Shown here in pieces: positions 1 through 10,311 of a stretch of 64,000 bases of DNA. Source of the DNA: a virus. The DNA lies in IMG/VR virus record IMGVR_UViG_3300043449_001497, positions 8,744 through 72,743 of that record; one strand, 5' to 3'. A program made the position numbers and the translations under genes. Below the pieces are notes generated by a model. The model saw only the letters and a program-made list of their open reading frames with translations. It ran no database searches and was not told where the DNA came from. The first letter of the stretch is position 1. Every line of letters begins with the position of its first letter.

Positions 1-2364
1 TACGGTTCCGCGTCTCGCGCCAAGGCTGAGCTCGCGGAGCTGGGCCTGGTGCTCACGGCGGAAGAGAGGACTGCGTACAATAACTGGGCGCTAGGCTACG
101 GGGTCACTCCTGAGATGCGGCCCCGCATCGAGCAAGTGATGCGGAAGCTCGGTGCGAACACCACGTTCGAGCCCGACACCATCCTCGGAGCCGACGTCTA
201 CATTCCGAAGCAGGCCCGCGAGCGCATTGCGGACGCACTCAAGAAGGCTCAGTTCAGCGAGCAGAAGCTCACGAAGATGGGCGACATCTACCAGTCCATC
301 TTCGCCTTCATGAAGAAGCGCATGACCCGCGGCAACTTCCTACTGCGCCAGCGCTACTTCATGGTCAACACCATCGACCACTTCTTCCAGATGTCCCTCG
401 TCGTCGGGTACGCGCCCGCGTTCCAGTCGATGTCGCGCATCGCTCTCCAGAACGCGCTTACGTCTCCGTTCACGGGGCAAGCTCTCGAGATGGGCGTGCG
501 CGCGGTCAATCGTCTCGTTCCAGGCGCAAAGATCCCGCCCGACGTTGTGGAGAAGATCCGCGACTTCTTCAGCCGGGGCGGCGACAAGACGGCCGGGTTC
601 CTTCGCGAGATGATGGGAGGCTCGAAGTACCGCGTCGAGGTCAACCATGTCCTGGAGGGTCGCAACACCCCCATCGTGATCGGCGGACGAGTCACCACGG
701 GCAAGCGGCTCCGCGAGATCTTCGTCGCAGAAGGCATCCTCGAGAGCTACAACACCCGACGCCTCGGCGCGGTTCTCCGCAAGGAAGGTACGGCGTTCAT
801 CAGCGACGGTGACGGCATCATCGAGGCGGGCATCAATGACCGCTCGCTGGGCGGCAACGTGACCACTGCCTGGGCGCGGGTGAAGGACGCTGCAATCGAC
901 CTCTCGACCGACGTGGTCGACGACATCGGAGACGCCTGGGCCGAGCGCGAGCGCGTGGGCGCTGCCGTGACCCTCATCGAGAACGGCTACGAGCCGCGCG
1001 TGGCGTGCCGCCTCACCATCGACGCCCTCTACGACTACGCCCAGTCGATGACGAAGATGGACCGCAACTGGTTCGTCGGCCTGCTGTTCCCCTTCTGGGC
1101 CTTCCAGAAGAACGCGAACCAGCAGTTCATCAACGTCATCGCGACCCCCTACGGCGCGTACCGGATGATGGTCATGAAGCGGTTCCGGGACCGTAGCTCT
1201 GAGCTTCTCACGGAGCTCTACTACGACGAGGTCGGCGGCGAGTTGGGCCTCGACGTGAACTCGATGCCCCAGGACATGCAGGACATGTACTACGCGGTCA
1301 TGACCAAGGCGCACGAGGTGTACGGGGACGAGATCCCCGAAAACGCCAAGATGGCGCTCCGCATGGGGCTAACGGGCCGCGCTTCCGAGGTGCTCGACGG
1401 CAAGTACTACGAGCTCGATGCTGACCTGATCCGCATGCTGCGGTCGGGTGGTATCGGCGGTGTCGGCGGTGCAGGCATGAGCGACTACCTGATGCCGACC
1501 CCCAGCAAGTCCATCTTGCCTTCGTACATGCGCGAGCGACCCGGTGTGTTCCTGGCACCCCGCCGTGACGCCGCGGTTCGTCTCTACTCGGGTCTTCGCG
1601 CGAAGAACGACGAGATGTTCTACCTCATGCTGCCCCCGGCGAGCTTCGAGGATGCGTTCAAGCACACGGCGACGGTCATGTCGACGGCGCTCCTCATGGG
1701 GGCCAACCTGACTGCGATGACCCCGGCGGGCCCGCTCCTGGGTCTCGAGGCGCGCGGTCTCGAGGGCACCAAGATCGCGGCAGCCATCCGGCCTGTTCTC
1801 GACCTGGAGCGCTCCCCCATCGCCGGGCCTGTCATCGGCATGTACGCGGAGCGAGGCTACCCCCAGAAGCTCCACCCGCTCGTGGCGTCGTTCATCATGA
1901 ACACCACCGATGCTCCCATCTTGCGCGTTCCCGCGGTCAACGACCCGTTTGAAGGTGACAACTTCATGCTCGAGATGCAGAAGCTCACCGAGGAAGGGAA
2001 GGAGGCTGACATCGCGCAGATCCTTGGCGCCGACTATGTCCGCACGGTACAGGAGCTCAACAGCAAGGAGCTGGATCCCAACGAGATCTCGACGGTCCGC
2101 GACGAGCACTTCTACCTGCCGCCGGGTGGATACTCCATCGCCTTCGAGAACGCGCCGCTGCTCGGAGAGCTCAACAAGGAGCTCCTGCTCAAGTACGGAA
2201 AGACCGCACAGGAGAAGGCCGCTTCCTCGGATACGGCGAGCCTGGGCAACCTGCTCTACATTCTCCGCAACGCCACCGGACTCGAGGTTGCATCGGTCTC
2301 TGCTTCTCGGACGGCTCAACAGGAAGAGCCTGTCTTCTACACCAAGTCTCGCAAGCCCTTCTAG
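1..2364 (+). CDS. C-terminal part of a large internal virion/ejection-type protein (5' truncated)
   Basis: Frame is open from base 1. Strong GC3 codon bias, helical protein with an LFPFWAFQKN segment. Lies ahead of the tail genes. Confidence 0.55.
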   Translation, partial: YGSASRAKAELAELGLVLTAEERTAYNNWALGYGVTPEMRPRIEQVMRKLGANTTFEPDTILGADVYIPKQARERIADALKKAQFSEQKLTKMGDIYQSIFAFMKKRMTRGNFLLRQRYFMVNTIDHFFQMSLVVGYAPAFQSMSRIALQNALTSPFTGQALEMGVRAVNRLVPGAKIPPDVVEKIRDFFSRGGDKTAGFLREMMGGSKYRVEVNHVLEGRNTPIVIGGRVTTGKRLREIFVAEGILESYNTRRLGAVLRKEGTAFISDGDGIIEAGINDRSLGGNVTTAWARVKDAAIDLSTDVVDDIGDAWAERERVGAAVTLIENGYEPRVACRLTIDALYDYAQSMTKMDRNWFVGLLFPFWAFQKNANQQFINVIATPYGAYRMMVMKRFRDRSSELLTELYYDEVGGELGLDVNSMPQDMQDMYYAVMTKAHEVYGDEIPENAKMALRMGLTGRASEVLDGKYYELDADLIRMLRSGGIGGVGGAGMSDYLMPTPSKSILPSYMRERPGVFLAPRRDAAVRLYSGLRAKNDEMFYLMLPPASFEDAFKHTATVMSTALLMGANLTAMTPAGPLLGLEARGLEGTKIAAAIRPVLDLERSPIAGPVIGMYAERGYPQKLHPLVASFIMNTTDAPILRVPAVNDPFEGDNFMLEMQKLTEEGKEADIAQILGADYVRTVQELNSKELDPNEISTVRDEHFYLPPGGYSIAFENAPLLGELNKELLLKYGKTAQEKAASSDTASLGNLLYILRNATGLEVASVSASRTAQQEEPVFYTKSRKPF

Positions 2365-2373
2365 GAGGTCATC

Positions 2374-2802
2374 ATGAACGCACGGTACGGCGGGTTCAAC
2401 CACGCAGGCTTCAGCTACAAGCACCAGGCGGCGCTCACCACGACGCCCCAGGTCTTCCCCCTCACCCAGGACGCCACGAACAGCCCCTGCTCGTCGGCGA
2501 TCCCCACGTTCGCAGAGCTCAAGCAGGTCGTTGCCCAGGTCGACACCATCGCCTCGGGCGCGTCCTCGGTGACGTACTACATCGCGTCCGACGCGGCAGG
2601 CGACATCCCGCTCACGACCCAGGGGACGATGAGCATCCTGACCGGGAAGACGACGGCGACCAAGGGCTCGGCCATCGACTGCGTCGACGTCGACTACCAC
2701 TACCAGCGGCTCACGGCGGAGACGCTCGGCACGGTGTACATCGTGGCCTGGCTGAATGCGGGCACGGCGAACGCCAACATCCGCTTGCAGTGGCGGGCGT
2801 AG
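2374..2802 (+). CDS. Putative virion structural protein
   Basis: RBS ggagg; beta-rich, Thr/Ala-rich; structural gene context. Confidence 0.55.
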   Translation: MNARYGGFNHAGFSYKHQAALTTTPQVFPLTQDATNSPCSSAIPTFAELKQVVAQVDTIASGASSVTYYIASDAAGDIPLTTQGTMSILTGKTTATKGSAIDCVDVDYHYQRLTAETLGTVYIVAWLNAGTANANIRLQWRA

Positions 2803-2854
2803 TCTTCTAGCGTCACCTCCCGCGTCGTGATACGGTTACGGCGCGGGAGGCCCC

Positions 2855-3253
2855 ATGTCCTGTTGTGGTTCATCGAGTACGAGCACAGGTGCGTCGTTCG
2901 GCAACGTGAGGGTTGCCGCGAGCAGCGTCACCAACTTCGGGACAAGCACCCGGCAGAACATCGGTGTGGGCGGCGGCTTCACCTTCGTGAACATCATCCG
3001 CATCAAGCTGAAGCGGACGGCGGGCACGGCGGCCTCGTTCACGCCCCGTCTCTACGACGCTGTCGCGGCCCTCTCGGGTAGCATCGACCAGCAGTTCGTC
3101 GGCTCGGTGACCGCGGTGGCCGATCTGTTCGACGTGGCCTGCGTGGGCTGCGTGTTCCGCACCGACGCGACTGGCCAGTTCTACCTCGAGCCAGGTCCCA
3201 ACGCCGGGGCGGACAACGCCTTCGACTACGAGATCTACTACGAGGTGCTGTGA
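2855..3253 (+). CDS. Putative virion structural protein
   Basis: RBS gggagg; extended -10-like GTGATACGGT upstream; good codon bias. Confidence 0.55.
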   Translation: MSCCGSSSTSTGASFGNVRVAASSVTNFGTSTRQNIGVGGGFTFVNIIRIKLKRTAGTAASFTPRLYDAVAALSGSIDQQFVGSVTAVADLFDVACVGCVFRTDATGQFYLEPGPNAGADNAFDYEIYYEVL

Positions 3254-4137
3254 TGGCAGGCTCGCAAGTCTTCCCGTCCACTTCTGGGGGGCTGTCCTCG
3301 AACTACGGCCTCGGCATGTTCGGCGACGGGGCGGATGGGGACGCGACCATCGTTGGGTCCGTCACTCCGACCAAGGAGATGTACTACAACAACCTCACGG
3401 TCAGCTCGACTGGCGTGCTGAAGCCGTCGGGCTTTCGCATCTACGTGAAGGGGACGTTGACCGTCGACGCTGGTGGGTCCATCAACGACGACGGTAACGG
3501 CGGAACGGGCGGAACGGGCGGCCTCATCATCAGCGCACGCCAGACCCTCGGCTTCGGTGGCGGCAACGGCGGCAACGGCGGCGTTAACGCCGTCGGCACC
3601 GCTGGTGCGGGCCCTGGCGGCAACAGCTCGCTGAACGCAGCGGGCCTCGCACCCACGGGCGGAGCGGGCGGCACGGGCGGTGTCAACGCGGGTGGTGCGG
3701 GCGGCGCTGCGGCTCAACCCACGCAGAACCAGCGCTGGCATGGCGTGGCCTGGATGTACCAGGGGCGGCTGAGCTCCGGCACCACGCTGGCCCTCTGGAA
3801 CGGCGGCTCGGGTGGTGGCGGCGGCGGGTCCGACAACGCGCTCGCAACGGGCGGCGGCGGCGGTGGCGGAGCTGGCGGCGTGTGGCTCGCGGCGAAGACC
3901 GTGGTCAACAACGGCACCATCAGCGCGAACGGCGGCAAGGGCGCCAACGGCACGGGCACGGCGGGCAACGCTGGTGGCGGTGGTGGTGGCGGCGGCGGCC
4001 TGGTGTGCATCGCCACGCTGAGCTCCACCGTCGGTACGGTCCAGGCACTGGGCGGTTCCGGCGGCACGGGCTTCGGCACCGGGGCCACGGGGTCTGTTGG
4101 CCGTGATGGGTCTACTCTCACTGTGGTGCTCGCATGA
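3253..4137 (+). CDS. Glycine-rich tail-associated protein
   Basis: FGDGADGD start followed by many GGxGG repeats, as in phage glycine-rich tail domains. Confidence 0.65.
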   Translation: MAGSQVFPSTSGGLSSNYGLGMFGDGADGDATIVGSVTPTKEMYYNNLTVSSTGVLKPSGFRIYVKGTLTVDAGGSINDDGNGGTGGTGGLIISARQTLGFGGGNGGNGGVNAVGTAGAGPGGNSSLNAAGLAPTGGAGGTGGVNAGGAGGAAAQPTQNQRWHGVAWMYQGRLSSGTTLALWNGGSGGGGGGSDNALATGGGGGGGAGGVWLAAKTVVNNGTISANGGKGANGTGTAGNAGGGGGGGGGLVCIATLSSTVGTVQALGGSGGTGFGTGATGSVGRDGSTLTVVLA

Positions 4138-4334
4138 CGCAGACCTGGCTCGTGTTCCCTGTCCCGGCTCCGGCCGACGCAGTCGCAATCACCGTGGCGA
4201 ACGGTGCCGTCGGCTTCTACTCTGGGGTTCCCCCGGCGTGGTCCGGCGTCGCGGAAGAGCAGGGCTGGACCCTGCCCTGCAAGGTCGTCGAGGGTGAAGG
4301 CGGTGTCATCGAGTCCTGGACCCCGGTGGTCTAG
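4134..4334 (+). CDS. Small hypothetical protein (possible fibre chaperone)
   Basis: ATGA overlap with the upstream gene. Confidence 0.5.
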   Translation: MTQTWLVFPVPAPADAVAITVANGAVGFYSGVPPAWSGVAEEQGWTLPCKVVEGEGGVIESWTPVV

Positions 4335-5092
4335 TGTCGACGAACTACCGCTACGTCCTCCACCGCACCGTGCGGACGGCTCGACTCATCGAAGGGTCGA
4401 ACGTCACGATCACGGAGACGCCGAACGGCGACTTCCTCGACGTGGTCATCGCGTCGACGGGCGGTGGAGGTGGCGGCGGTGCGCCGACGAACGCCAAGTA
4501 CCTGACCCTGGGCACCGACGCGACGTTGACCCAAGAGCGCGTGTTCAGCCCTTCCGCTCGGTTCTCGTACACCGACGGAGGAGCAGGCGCTTCCTACGCT
4601 CTCGACCTCAATGTCTCTGGGGTCAGCGCTGGTTCCTACACGTACGCTAGTATCACGGTCGACGCGTACGGTCGAGTCACGGCAGCCTCGAGCGGCACAG
4701 CCCCGGCGACACCTCCATCCCCGGCCACTACGGTCGTCACGGAGACGAGCTACGGCCAGACCCAGGCGGTCGGGACTGCGACGACCTACGCACGCGAGGA
4801 CCACTCGCACGGCACGCCTGCGGTCCCGGCGCACAACACGCTGAGCAACCTCGCATGGATCAACGCAGGGCACACGGGGGCTGCGAACGCCGTGGCCGCC
4901 TGGAACGAGTTCGGCGTGTCGACCGTCTCCCAGGCTACGACCGACGAGACGATGCTGGTCCGGCGAGGCGGCACGCTCCAGTGGGTGCCCATCGTCGCAA
5001 GCGTCGTGTTCCTGCCGAGCAGTGACCTCATCATCGACGGCAAGACCTTCGAGATGAACGGTGCCGTCGTCTTCCCTGGGAGTGTCCTGTGA
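4334..5092 (+). CDS. Tail fibre-like protein
   Basis: GSYTYASITVDAYGRVTAASSG and YAREDHSH motifs typical of phage fibre shafts. Confidence 0.65.
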   Translation: MSTNYRYVLHRTVRTARLIEGSNVTITETPNGDFLDVVIASTGGGGGGGAPTNAKYLTLGTDATLTQERVFSPSARFSYTDGGAGASYALDLNVSGVSAGSYTYASITVDAYGRVTAASSGTAPATPPSPATTVVTETSYGQTQAVGTATTYAREDHSHGTPAVPAHNTLSNLAWINAGHTGAANAVAAWNEFGVSTVSQATTDETMLVRRGGTLQWVPIVASVVFLPSSDLIIDGKTFEMNGAVVFPGSVL

Positions 5093-6075
5093 GCCTCGTC
5101 GCACTGAAGCATCGTCGCCTTGCCACGGTGAACGCGTCTGCGTCGACCATCGCTGCGGTGCTCGATGCCTTCTGGGCAGCGGTCGACCCGACGGTCACTA
5201 CTTACTCGGACGGTTCAACGCGTTCGTTCTCCGGGGCAGGCGCGACCGGGTGGACCTGGACTCGCTACCAGAACGCGGGTGTGACCGAGGCCCTCTACGC
5301 CACGCCTCCCGGCGGGACGATGGACCAGCGGGTCATCATTGCTGGAAGGTCGGCTGCACCAACGCCGTCGCCGACGATGATTGCGCCCGACACATTCGCG
5401 TCGTCGTTGTCGCAGCTCCTCATCTCCCACCAGTTGCAGGCGGGCGCGTTCACAAGCTGGAACGCGGCGACTCCGTTCACGAACTCTCGCTTCATGGGCT
5501 ACACCCGTGTCATCCCGAACGTAACGGGGTTCACCACGCTTGCGTGCTGCGTGTACGAGACGCAAGAGACGATCATCGTCGAGCTCCTCGTGAACGGAAC
5601 CGCCGTCCACGTCGCGTTTGCCGGGGCTCTCTACGACCCGGAGACGACGGCCCCCGCCGCAGCAGAGACGGACGGGCGCCGCTATGGCGTCGTGGTGTGC
5701 GGTGGTCAGCTTGTGACCAACTTCCTCGGGTCAGCGGGTAACGGAACCATCTGGGTGCACGGAACGGGGGCGGGAGCGGGGCATACGTACATCTGGCGCC
5801 CTGGGGTGAACACCGTTGACACGGGTGCGCGTAACTGGCTGACCACAGGTGGGCAGACCACCGCGCAGATGACGGACCTTGCGGGACAGTACCCCGGCCA
5901 ACCCCTGTTCATCCCTGCGGCCAACGGATGGGCGGGCCGAGTTCGCGAGATGTTCTGGTCGCGGTCGATGCTCTACCACACGCGCGTCGAGTCGAGCCCC
6001 GGTGTCATCTCAGCCTACGGGTTGGGATGGTCCACGACCAGCGCAACGGGCGACTCCATGTTCTTGAAGTACTGA
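5089..6075 (+). CDS. Putative tail/receptor-binding protein
   Basis: Coupled to the fibre gene; Thr/Gly/Trp-rich 328 aa. Confidence 0.5.
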   Translation: MSLVALKHRRLATVNASASTIAAVLDAFWAAVDPTVTTYSDGSTRSFSGAGATGWTWTRYQNAGVTEALYATPPGGTMDQRVIIAGRSAAPTPSPTMIAPDTFASSLSQLLISHQLQAGAFTSWNAATPFTNSRFMGYTRVIPNVTGFTTLACCVYETQETIIVELLVNGTAVHVAFAGALYDPETTAPAAAETDGRRYGVVVCGGQLVTNFLGSAGNGTIWVHGTGAGAGHTYIWRPGVNTVDTGARNWLTTGGQTTAQMTDLAGQYPGQPLFIPAANGWAGRVREMFWSRSMLYHTRVESSPGVISAYGLGWSTTSATGDSMFLKY

Positions 6076-6082
6076 GGGAACC

Positions 6083-6277
6083 ATGAGCTACACCGACCAG
6101 ATCGAGCAGTATGTCGCGGCCTACCCGCTCACGTCCCTGGTGTCCGTCCCCTCCTGGTGTGGCGTCGCTGCCCTGCCCGCGTTTCCGTCCGTCGTCATCC
6201 AACCGTGGGCGGAGGATTACTGCGAGCTCGAGGATAGCGAAGGCATTGAGATCGCACGCTTCCGGCTGGTCGGTTAG
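6083..6277 (+). CDS. Hypothetical protein
   Basis: RBS gaggg; operon context. Confidence 0.5.
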   Translation: MSYTDQIEQYVAAYPLTSLVSVPSWCGVAALPAFPSVVIQPWAEDYCELEDSEGIEIARFRLVG

Positions 6278-6297
6278 GCCCGGCGAAGGAGAGCGCG

Positions 6298-6576
6298 ATG
6301 GAAGCCTTCATCACTGCGGTCACAGGACCCCTGGGTGCACTGGCGCTGTCCGTCGGCATCCTCTACTGGCTCGCCTCGAAGATTGTCCCGGTGCTCCAAG
6401 CGTATCTCGAGAGCCAGTCGGCTCAGCTCAAGGACATGGTGCACGCGCTCCAGAAGACCGTGGACGCCCATGAGATGGACCGGAAGACCTTCGAGGCCGC
6501 CCTGTCTCAGCTAGACTCGCGCCTCGACCGTGTGGAGACCGACATCCACGCGATCAAAAACAAGATCGTCGCATAG
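6298..6576 (+). CDS. Holin-like membrane protein
   Basis: N-terminal TM helix (GPLGALALSVGILYWL) plus coiled coil; RBS aaggag. Confidence 0.45.
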   Translation: MEAFITAVTGPLGALALSVGILYWLASKIVPVLQAYLESQSAQLKDMVHALQKTVDAHEMDRKTFEAALSQLDSRLDRVETDIHAIKNKIVA

Positions 6577-6584
6577 GAGGTCCC

Positions 6585-6770
6585 ATGCCCATCAGCCCCC
6601 AGGAAGCCATTGCCCTCGGTCTCGAGGCCGCAGAGCTTGCTGAGTTCATCGTGAAGGCACTCAAGCCTGGTGCCGATGGGCACAAGCGGCTCGACAAGGC
6701 TGAGGTCGGCGAGCTCCTCCGCCGCCTGGGCAGCCTGTCCATGCACGTCGCGCGCGACATGGTGGACTAG
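6585..6770 (+). CDS. Hypothetical protein
   Basis: RBS aggagg. Confidence 0.55.
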   Translation: MPISPQEAIALGLEAAELAEFIVKALKPGADGHKRLDKAEVGELLRRLGSLSMHVARDMVD

Positions 6771-6773
6771 CCC

Positions 6774-8267
6774 GTGGGCCAGCTCTACCCTGCGGTCCTG
6801 GGGCCCGCGGAGGTCGAAGTCGCCAGTCCGCTCAGCGGGTTTGGGGAACTCGAGGTCGTCTCTCCTGAGCCGACGTCCCAGGTCGCGTTCATCTACAACC
6901 TGAACCCGCTGCTGGTCACGACGCGGACCTACGGCGCGGGGTCGAGCGTCACGCTGGACAACGGCGAGGCCGTCCTTGCGAGCGGGACGGCCACCGACAG
7001 CTACGCGCGCCTCATCTCGAAGAAGGTGGCGAAGTACAGGCCAGGCCAGGCGACGATGTCGCAGTGGACCGACCGCTTCCCTGGCGGCGGGTTCGCAGGC
7101 AACCGCCGGATGGGCGGCCTCTACAACATCGAGGCGGGCTACCAGTTCGGGTACGACGGGGCGACGTTCGGCATCCTCTACACGGAAGCCGCGACGTGCG
7201 AGATCCAGACCCTGACCATCTCGGTGAAGGCATCATCGGCTACGAACGTCACGGTGACGCTGGACGGAGGGACGCCCGTCGTGGTGCCCGTGACCAACGG
7301 AGCCAACACCAGCGTGACGGCTGCGGAGATCGCGGCGGGCGACTACTCGCAGGCAGCGGGCGGCTGGGACGCCGCGGCCGTCGGCAATGTCGTCTACTTC
7401 GTGCGCCGCGTTGCAGGTCCCGCCGGGGCCTCGACGTTCTCGCCTGGGACGAGCGGCGCCGTGGGCACGTTCGCTACCCCTACGATGGGCGTGGCCCCCA
7501 CCGAGACGTTCATCCCGCAGACGGCCTGGAACATCGACCGCATGGACGGTACGGGCCCGAGCGCGATGACGGCCGACTGGACGAAGGGCAACATCTTCAA
7601 GGTGCAGTTCCAGTACCTGGGCTACGGCGATGCGTTCTTCTCCATCGTGAACGCCTTCGACGGGAAGTCGCAGCTCGTCCACGTCATCCGCAACGCGAAC
7701 GCTCGCACCAGCACGGTTCTCCGGAACCCCAACCTCTACGTGATGTGGGAGTCGAAGAACCTGGGCACAGGTACGTCGCGTGAGATGCGAGCCGTCTGCG
7801 GCTCAGCGTTCGTCGAGGGCAAGATCACCTTCCTGGGTGCGCAGTTCGGTGTGGTCGGAACCCGGACGCTAGGCGCTGGTGTAGAGACGGCGGTCCTCAC
7901 CCTGCGAGGCAGCACGACGGTCAACAACAAGCGGTCCTCGGCGCAGATCCAGATCGACCGATTCAGCGTGGCCTGCGACGGAACAAAGACCGTCGACTTC
8001 CGCATCTACAAGAACGCCACGCTCACAGCTCCGCAGTTCCAGCGCGTGAACGCCAGCACATCGGCAGCAGACTACGACTCGGCGGCTACTGGTGTCACGG
8101 GTGGCACGCAGGTCTATGCCTTCTCGGTCGGCAAGACGGGCAACGTGACGGAAAGCGTCACCGACCTCGCGCTGTTCATGCAGGCAGGCGACACGCTCAC
8201 CATCACGGCGACCAGCGTGAACGCCTCCGATGTGAGCGCGACCATCGTCTGGATCGAGGACGTCTAG
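6774..8267 (+). CDS. Virion structural protein (beta-sandwich type)
   Basis: KYRPGQ and QTAWNIDRMDGTGPS...FQYLGYG motifs, recalled from uncultured phage virion proteins. Confidence 0.55.
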   Translation: MGQLYPAVLGPAEVEVASPLSGFGELEVVSPEPTSQVAFIYNLNPLLVTTRTYGAGSSVTLDNGEAVLASGTATDSYARLISKKVAKYRPGQATMSQWTDRFPGGGFAGNRRMGGLYNIEAGYQFGYDGATFGILYTEAATCEIQTLTISVKASSATNVTVTLDGGTPVVVPVTNGANTSVTAAEIAAGDYSQAAGGWDAAAVGNVVYFVRRVAGPAGASTFSPGTSGAVGTFATPTMGVAPTETFIPQTAWNIDRMDGTGPSAMTADWTKGNIFKVQFQYLGYGDAFFSIVNAFDGKSQLVHVIRNANARTSTVLRNPNLYVMWESKNLGTGTSREMRAVCGSAFVEGKITFLGAQFGVVGTRTLGAGVETAVLTLRGSTTVNNKRSSAQIQIDRFSVACDGTKTVDFRIYKNATLTAPQFQRVNASTSAADYDSAATGVTGGTQVYAFSVGKTGNVTESVTDLALFMQAGDTLTITATSVNASDVSATIVWIEDV

Positions 8268-8458
8268 TGGAGCCGGACGACCCCGAGCCACTACAGCGAC
8301 CCGACTGCGCGCTAGACCAGGACGGCCGCATCTGGATCACTCTGGGTGCGGCCGAGCGCCTACGCGACTGCAACATCCCACCAGGAGCCATCCTGTCGCT
8401 CAGCTACGAAGCGGAGCGACCTCATCACAAGGCGCGCAAGCGCAAGGAGAAACGAACG

Positions 8459-9013
8459 ATGGAACCTCTCAAGTCTTCTGAAACCGCGGCCCCGTCTGCC
8501 TCTTCGACTATCCCGGCGGAGACGCCTGTGCAAGCAACCCCCGAGAAAGAGGCGGTTGTGGCGCAGGTTGTCGACGACGGCGCGGCCACCCCTGTCGAGG
8601 TGATCGAAGTCGTCGAGCAGCCCGCTGCCCCCGCTGGGTTCGACCCGATGGCGATGGCCCAGGAGAACCCGATGCTCGCGTTCGCCCTGGCGGCGCTCGC
8701 GGTTGTCGGCGGCGGTGCCGGGTTCAAGCTCTGGACGAAGATGTCCGAGCAGCGTCACGAGACGAAGATGAAGGAGCTCGAGCTCGAGGCGCAGAAGGCG
8801 GGCCTCAACGGCGCTCAGCCTCCGCCGTGCCAGGTCAAGCAGACCGAGACCGACGCCAAGCTCGCGTCGCTCGAGGCTCGCGTGAAGAAGGCGGAGAAGG
8901 CGGCGTCTGCGGTGCCCGCGGGCTTCGACGGCGAGGAGCTCGAGAAGCGCGTCGTGAAGCTCGAGGCCGCCATGAAGCGCATGGGCGTCAAGGCTCCTGG
9001 GGGTGACAAGTGA
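8459..9013 (+). CDS. Membrane protein with coiled coil (possible lysis accessory)
   Basis: RBS aaggag before ATG 8459; TM segment MLAFALAALAVVGGGAGF; coupled to the endolysin. Confidence 0.5.
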   Translation: MEPLKSSETAAPSASSTIPAETPVQATPEKEAVVAQVVDDGAATPVEVIEVVEQPAAPAGFDPMAMAQENPMLAFALAALAVVGGGAGFKLWTKMSEQRHETKMKELELEAQKAGLNGAQPPPCQVKQTETDAKLASLEARVKKAEKAASAVPAGFDGEELEKRVVKLEAAMKRMGVKAPGGDK

Positions 9014-9456
9014 CCCTCACCCCTCACTTCTCCTTCGAGGAGCTGACCCGCACGGGGCAGAAGGACCTCCAGGACGCCAACCGCAAGGAAGCGATGGCGT
9101 ACATCAAGTCGCTGACGGCGCTCGCGGAGATGCTCGAGGTCATCCGCGCGAAGTTCGGGCCGATCTCCGTGACGAGCGCCTTCAGGGGCCCCTCTGTGAA
9201 CGCTCGGGCAGGGGGCTCAAAAACCAGCCAACACCTCGTCGGTGAAGCCGCGGACATCGGCTGCGGCGCTTCCGACGAGGAGCTGCACAAGTGGATCGTG
9301 ACCGAGTCGGGGCTGAAGTTCGGCCAGTGCATCCTGGAGAAGCCGCCCGGCAAGTCCTGGGTCCACATCAGCTTGGGCGCTCCGTACCGTGACCCGAAGC
9401 GTTGCGGCGAGTCTCTGTACTTCGACGGGAAGTCCTACACGCCGAAGAAGTACTGA
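9010..9456 (+). CDS. Endolysin, peptidase M15 (D-Ala-D-Ala Zn peptidase fold)
   Basis: LTPHFSFEEL, TSAFR, SQHLVGEAADI and WVHIS zinc-ligand motifs. Confidence 0.9.
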   Translation: MTLTPHFSFEELTRTGQKDLQDANRKEAMAYIKSLTALAEMLEVIRAKFGPISVTSAFRGPSVNARAGGSKTSQHLVGEAADIGCGASDEELHKWIVTESGLKFGQCILEKPPGKSWVHISLGAPYRDPKRCGESLYFDGKSYTPKKY

Positions 9457-9541
9457 GATAGGAAGTCCCTGCGGGGACAACGCAAGGCTCGCGGCCCTGG
9501 CGACTCCGGCATGGTGTCGGAACCGTCAGGGCCGCGCGTCT

Positions 9542-9814
9542 CTACTCCTCGTCGGCAGGCGACCTGAACTGGTCCTGCACGTAGACGGGCGTCATCGGTC
9601 CCAGGTAGGCACAGAACGTGTTGTAGTCGTGCCACTCCTCGGCGTCCTCGTACGTCATCTCCTCATGGTCCACGCAGAGCTTGATGACCATGTCGGAGTC
9701 ATAGACGGCTCGCCCGTCGAAGGTCATGCCGATGACTGCGCCATCGTACGTCTCGCGCGGCTCCAGCAGCAGAGCGCCGGGGATGAGCGTGTCGAGCTTC
9801 GCGTTGAGAGCCAT
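9542..9814 (-). CDS. Conserved phage hypothetical protein
   Basis: DGAVIG...AVYD...EDAEEWHDYNTFCAYLGPMTP pattern common in phages. Confidence 0.65.
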   Translation of the reverse strand: MALNAKLDTLIPGALLLEPRETYDGAVIGMTFDGRAVYDSDMVIKLCVDHEEMTYEDAEEWHDYNTFCAYLGPMTPVYVQDQFRSPADEE

Positions 9815-10311
9815 CAGAGCACCACGCTCTCGGTGATGGTGCGCGTGACGTGGAGGCCATCGACGTCGAGCGTGATGCTCGAGATGCCGCGGTCACGCAT
9901 GAGCTTCTCGACGGGGCGGAGCAGCTCAGCGAGCGTCGGGGCCACGGGACCGTGGAACACGTTGATGCGCTCGTTGCCCGTGAAGATCCCCGTGGTCGAA
10001 GCTAGCGCGGCGTTCAGGGACCGAGTGGTCTCCGCCTCGATGGCCTTCATCTTTGCTTCGGCGGCAGCCTTGCGCTCGAGGGTCGCCTTGTTCTTCGAGC
10101 CCTTGGGACGGCCCAGCGTGGGCACGATGCCCAGCTCGGAGCGAGCCTTGGTGAACACGGAGTTGCTCATGCCCTCGCCGCGGAGAGGCGTGCCGAGGCG
10201 GGCCAGCTCCTGCTCAGCGAGACGTGCAAGCTCACCGTTGGGGGTCTTGGGTTCACGCTCGAGGATCTTCTTCGCGGCGTCGATCTGCTGCTGAAAGGTG
10301 GCGTAGCTCAT
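9814..10311 (-). CDS. Hypothetical, possibly DNA-binding protein
   Basis: Start overlaps the stop of the XRE gene; GRPKGSKNK AT-hook-like motif. Confidence 0.55.
   Translation of the reverse strand: MSYATFQQQIDAAKKILEREPKTPNGELARLAEQELARLGTPLRGEGMSNSVFTKARSELGIVPTLGRPKGSKNKATLERKAAAEAKMKAIEAETTRSLNAALASTTGIFTGNERINVFHGPVAPTLAELLRPVEKLMRDRGISSITLDVDGLHVTRTITESVVL

Noticed and set aside
3480-4100. GGC-rich tandem repeats
   Set aside because: Explained by glycine-rich protein coding.
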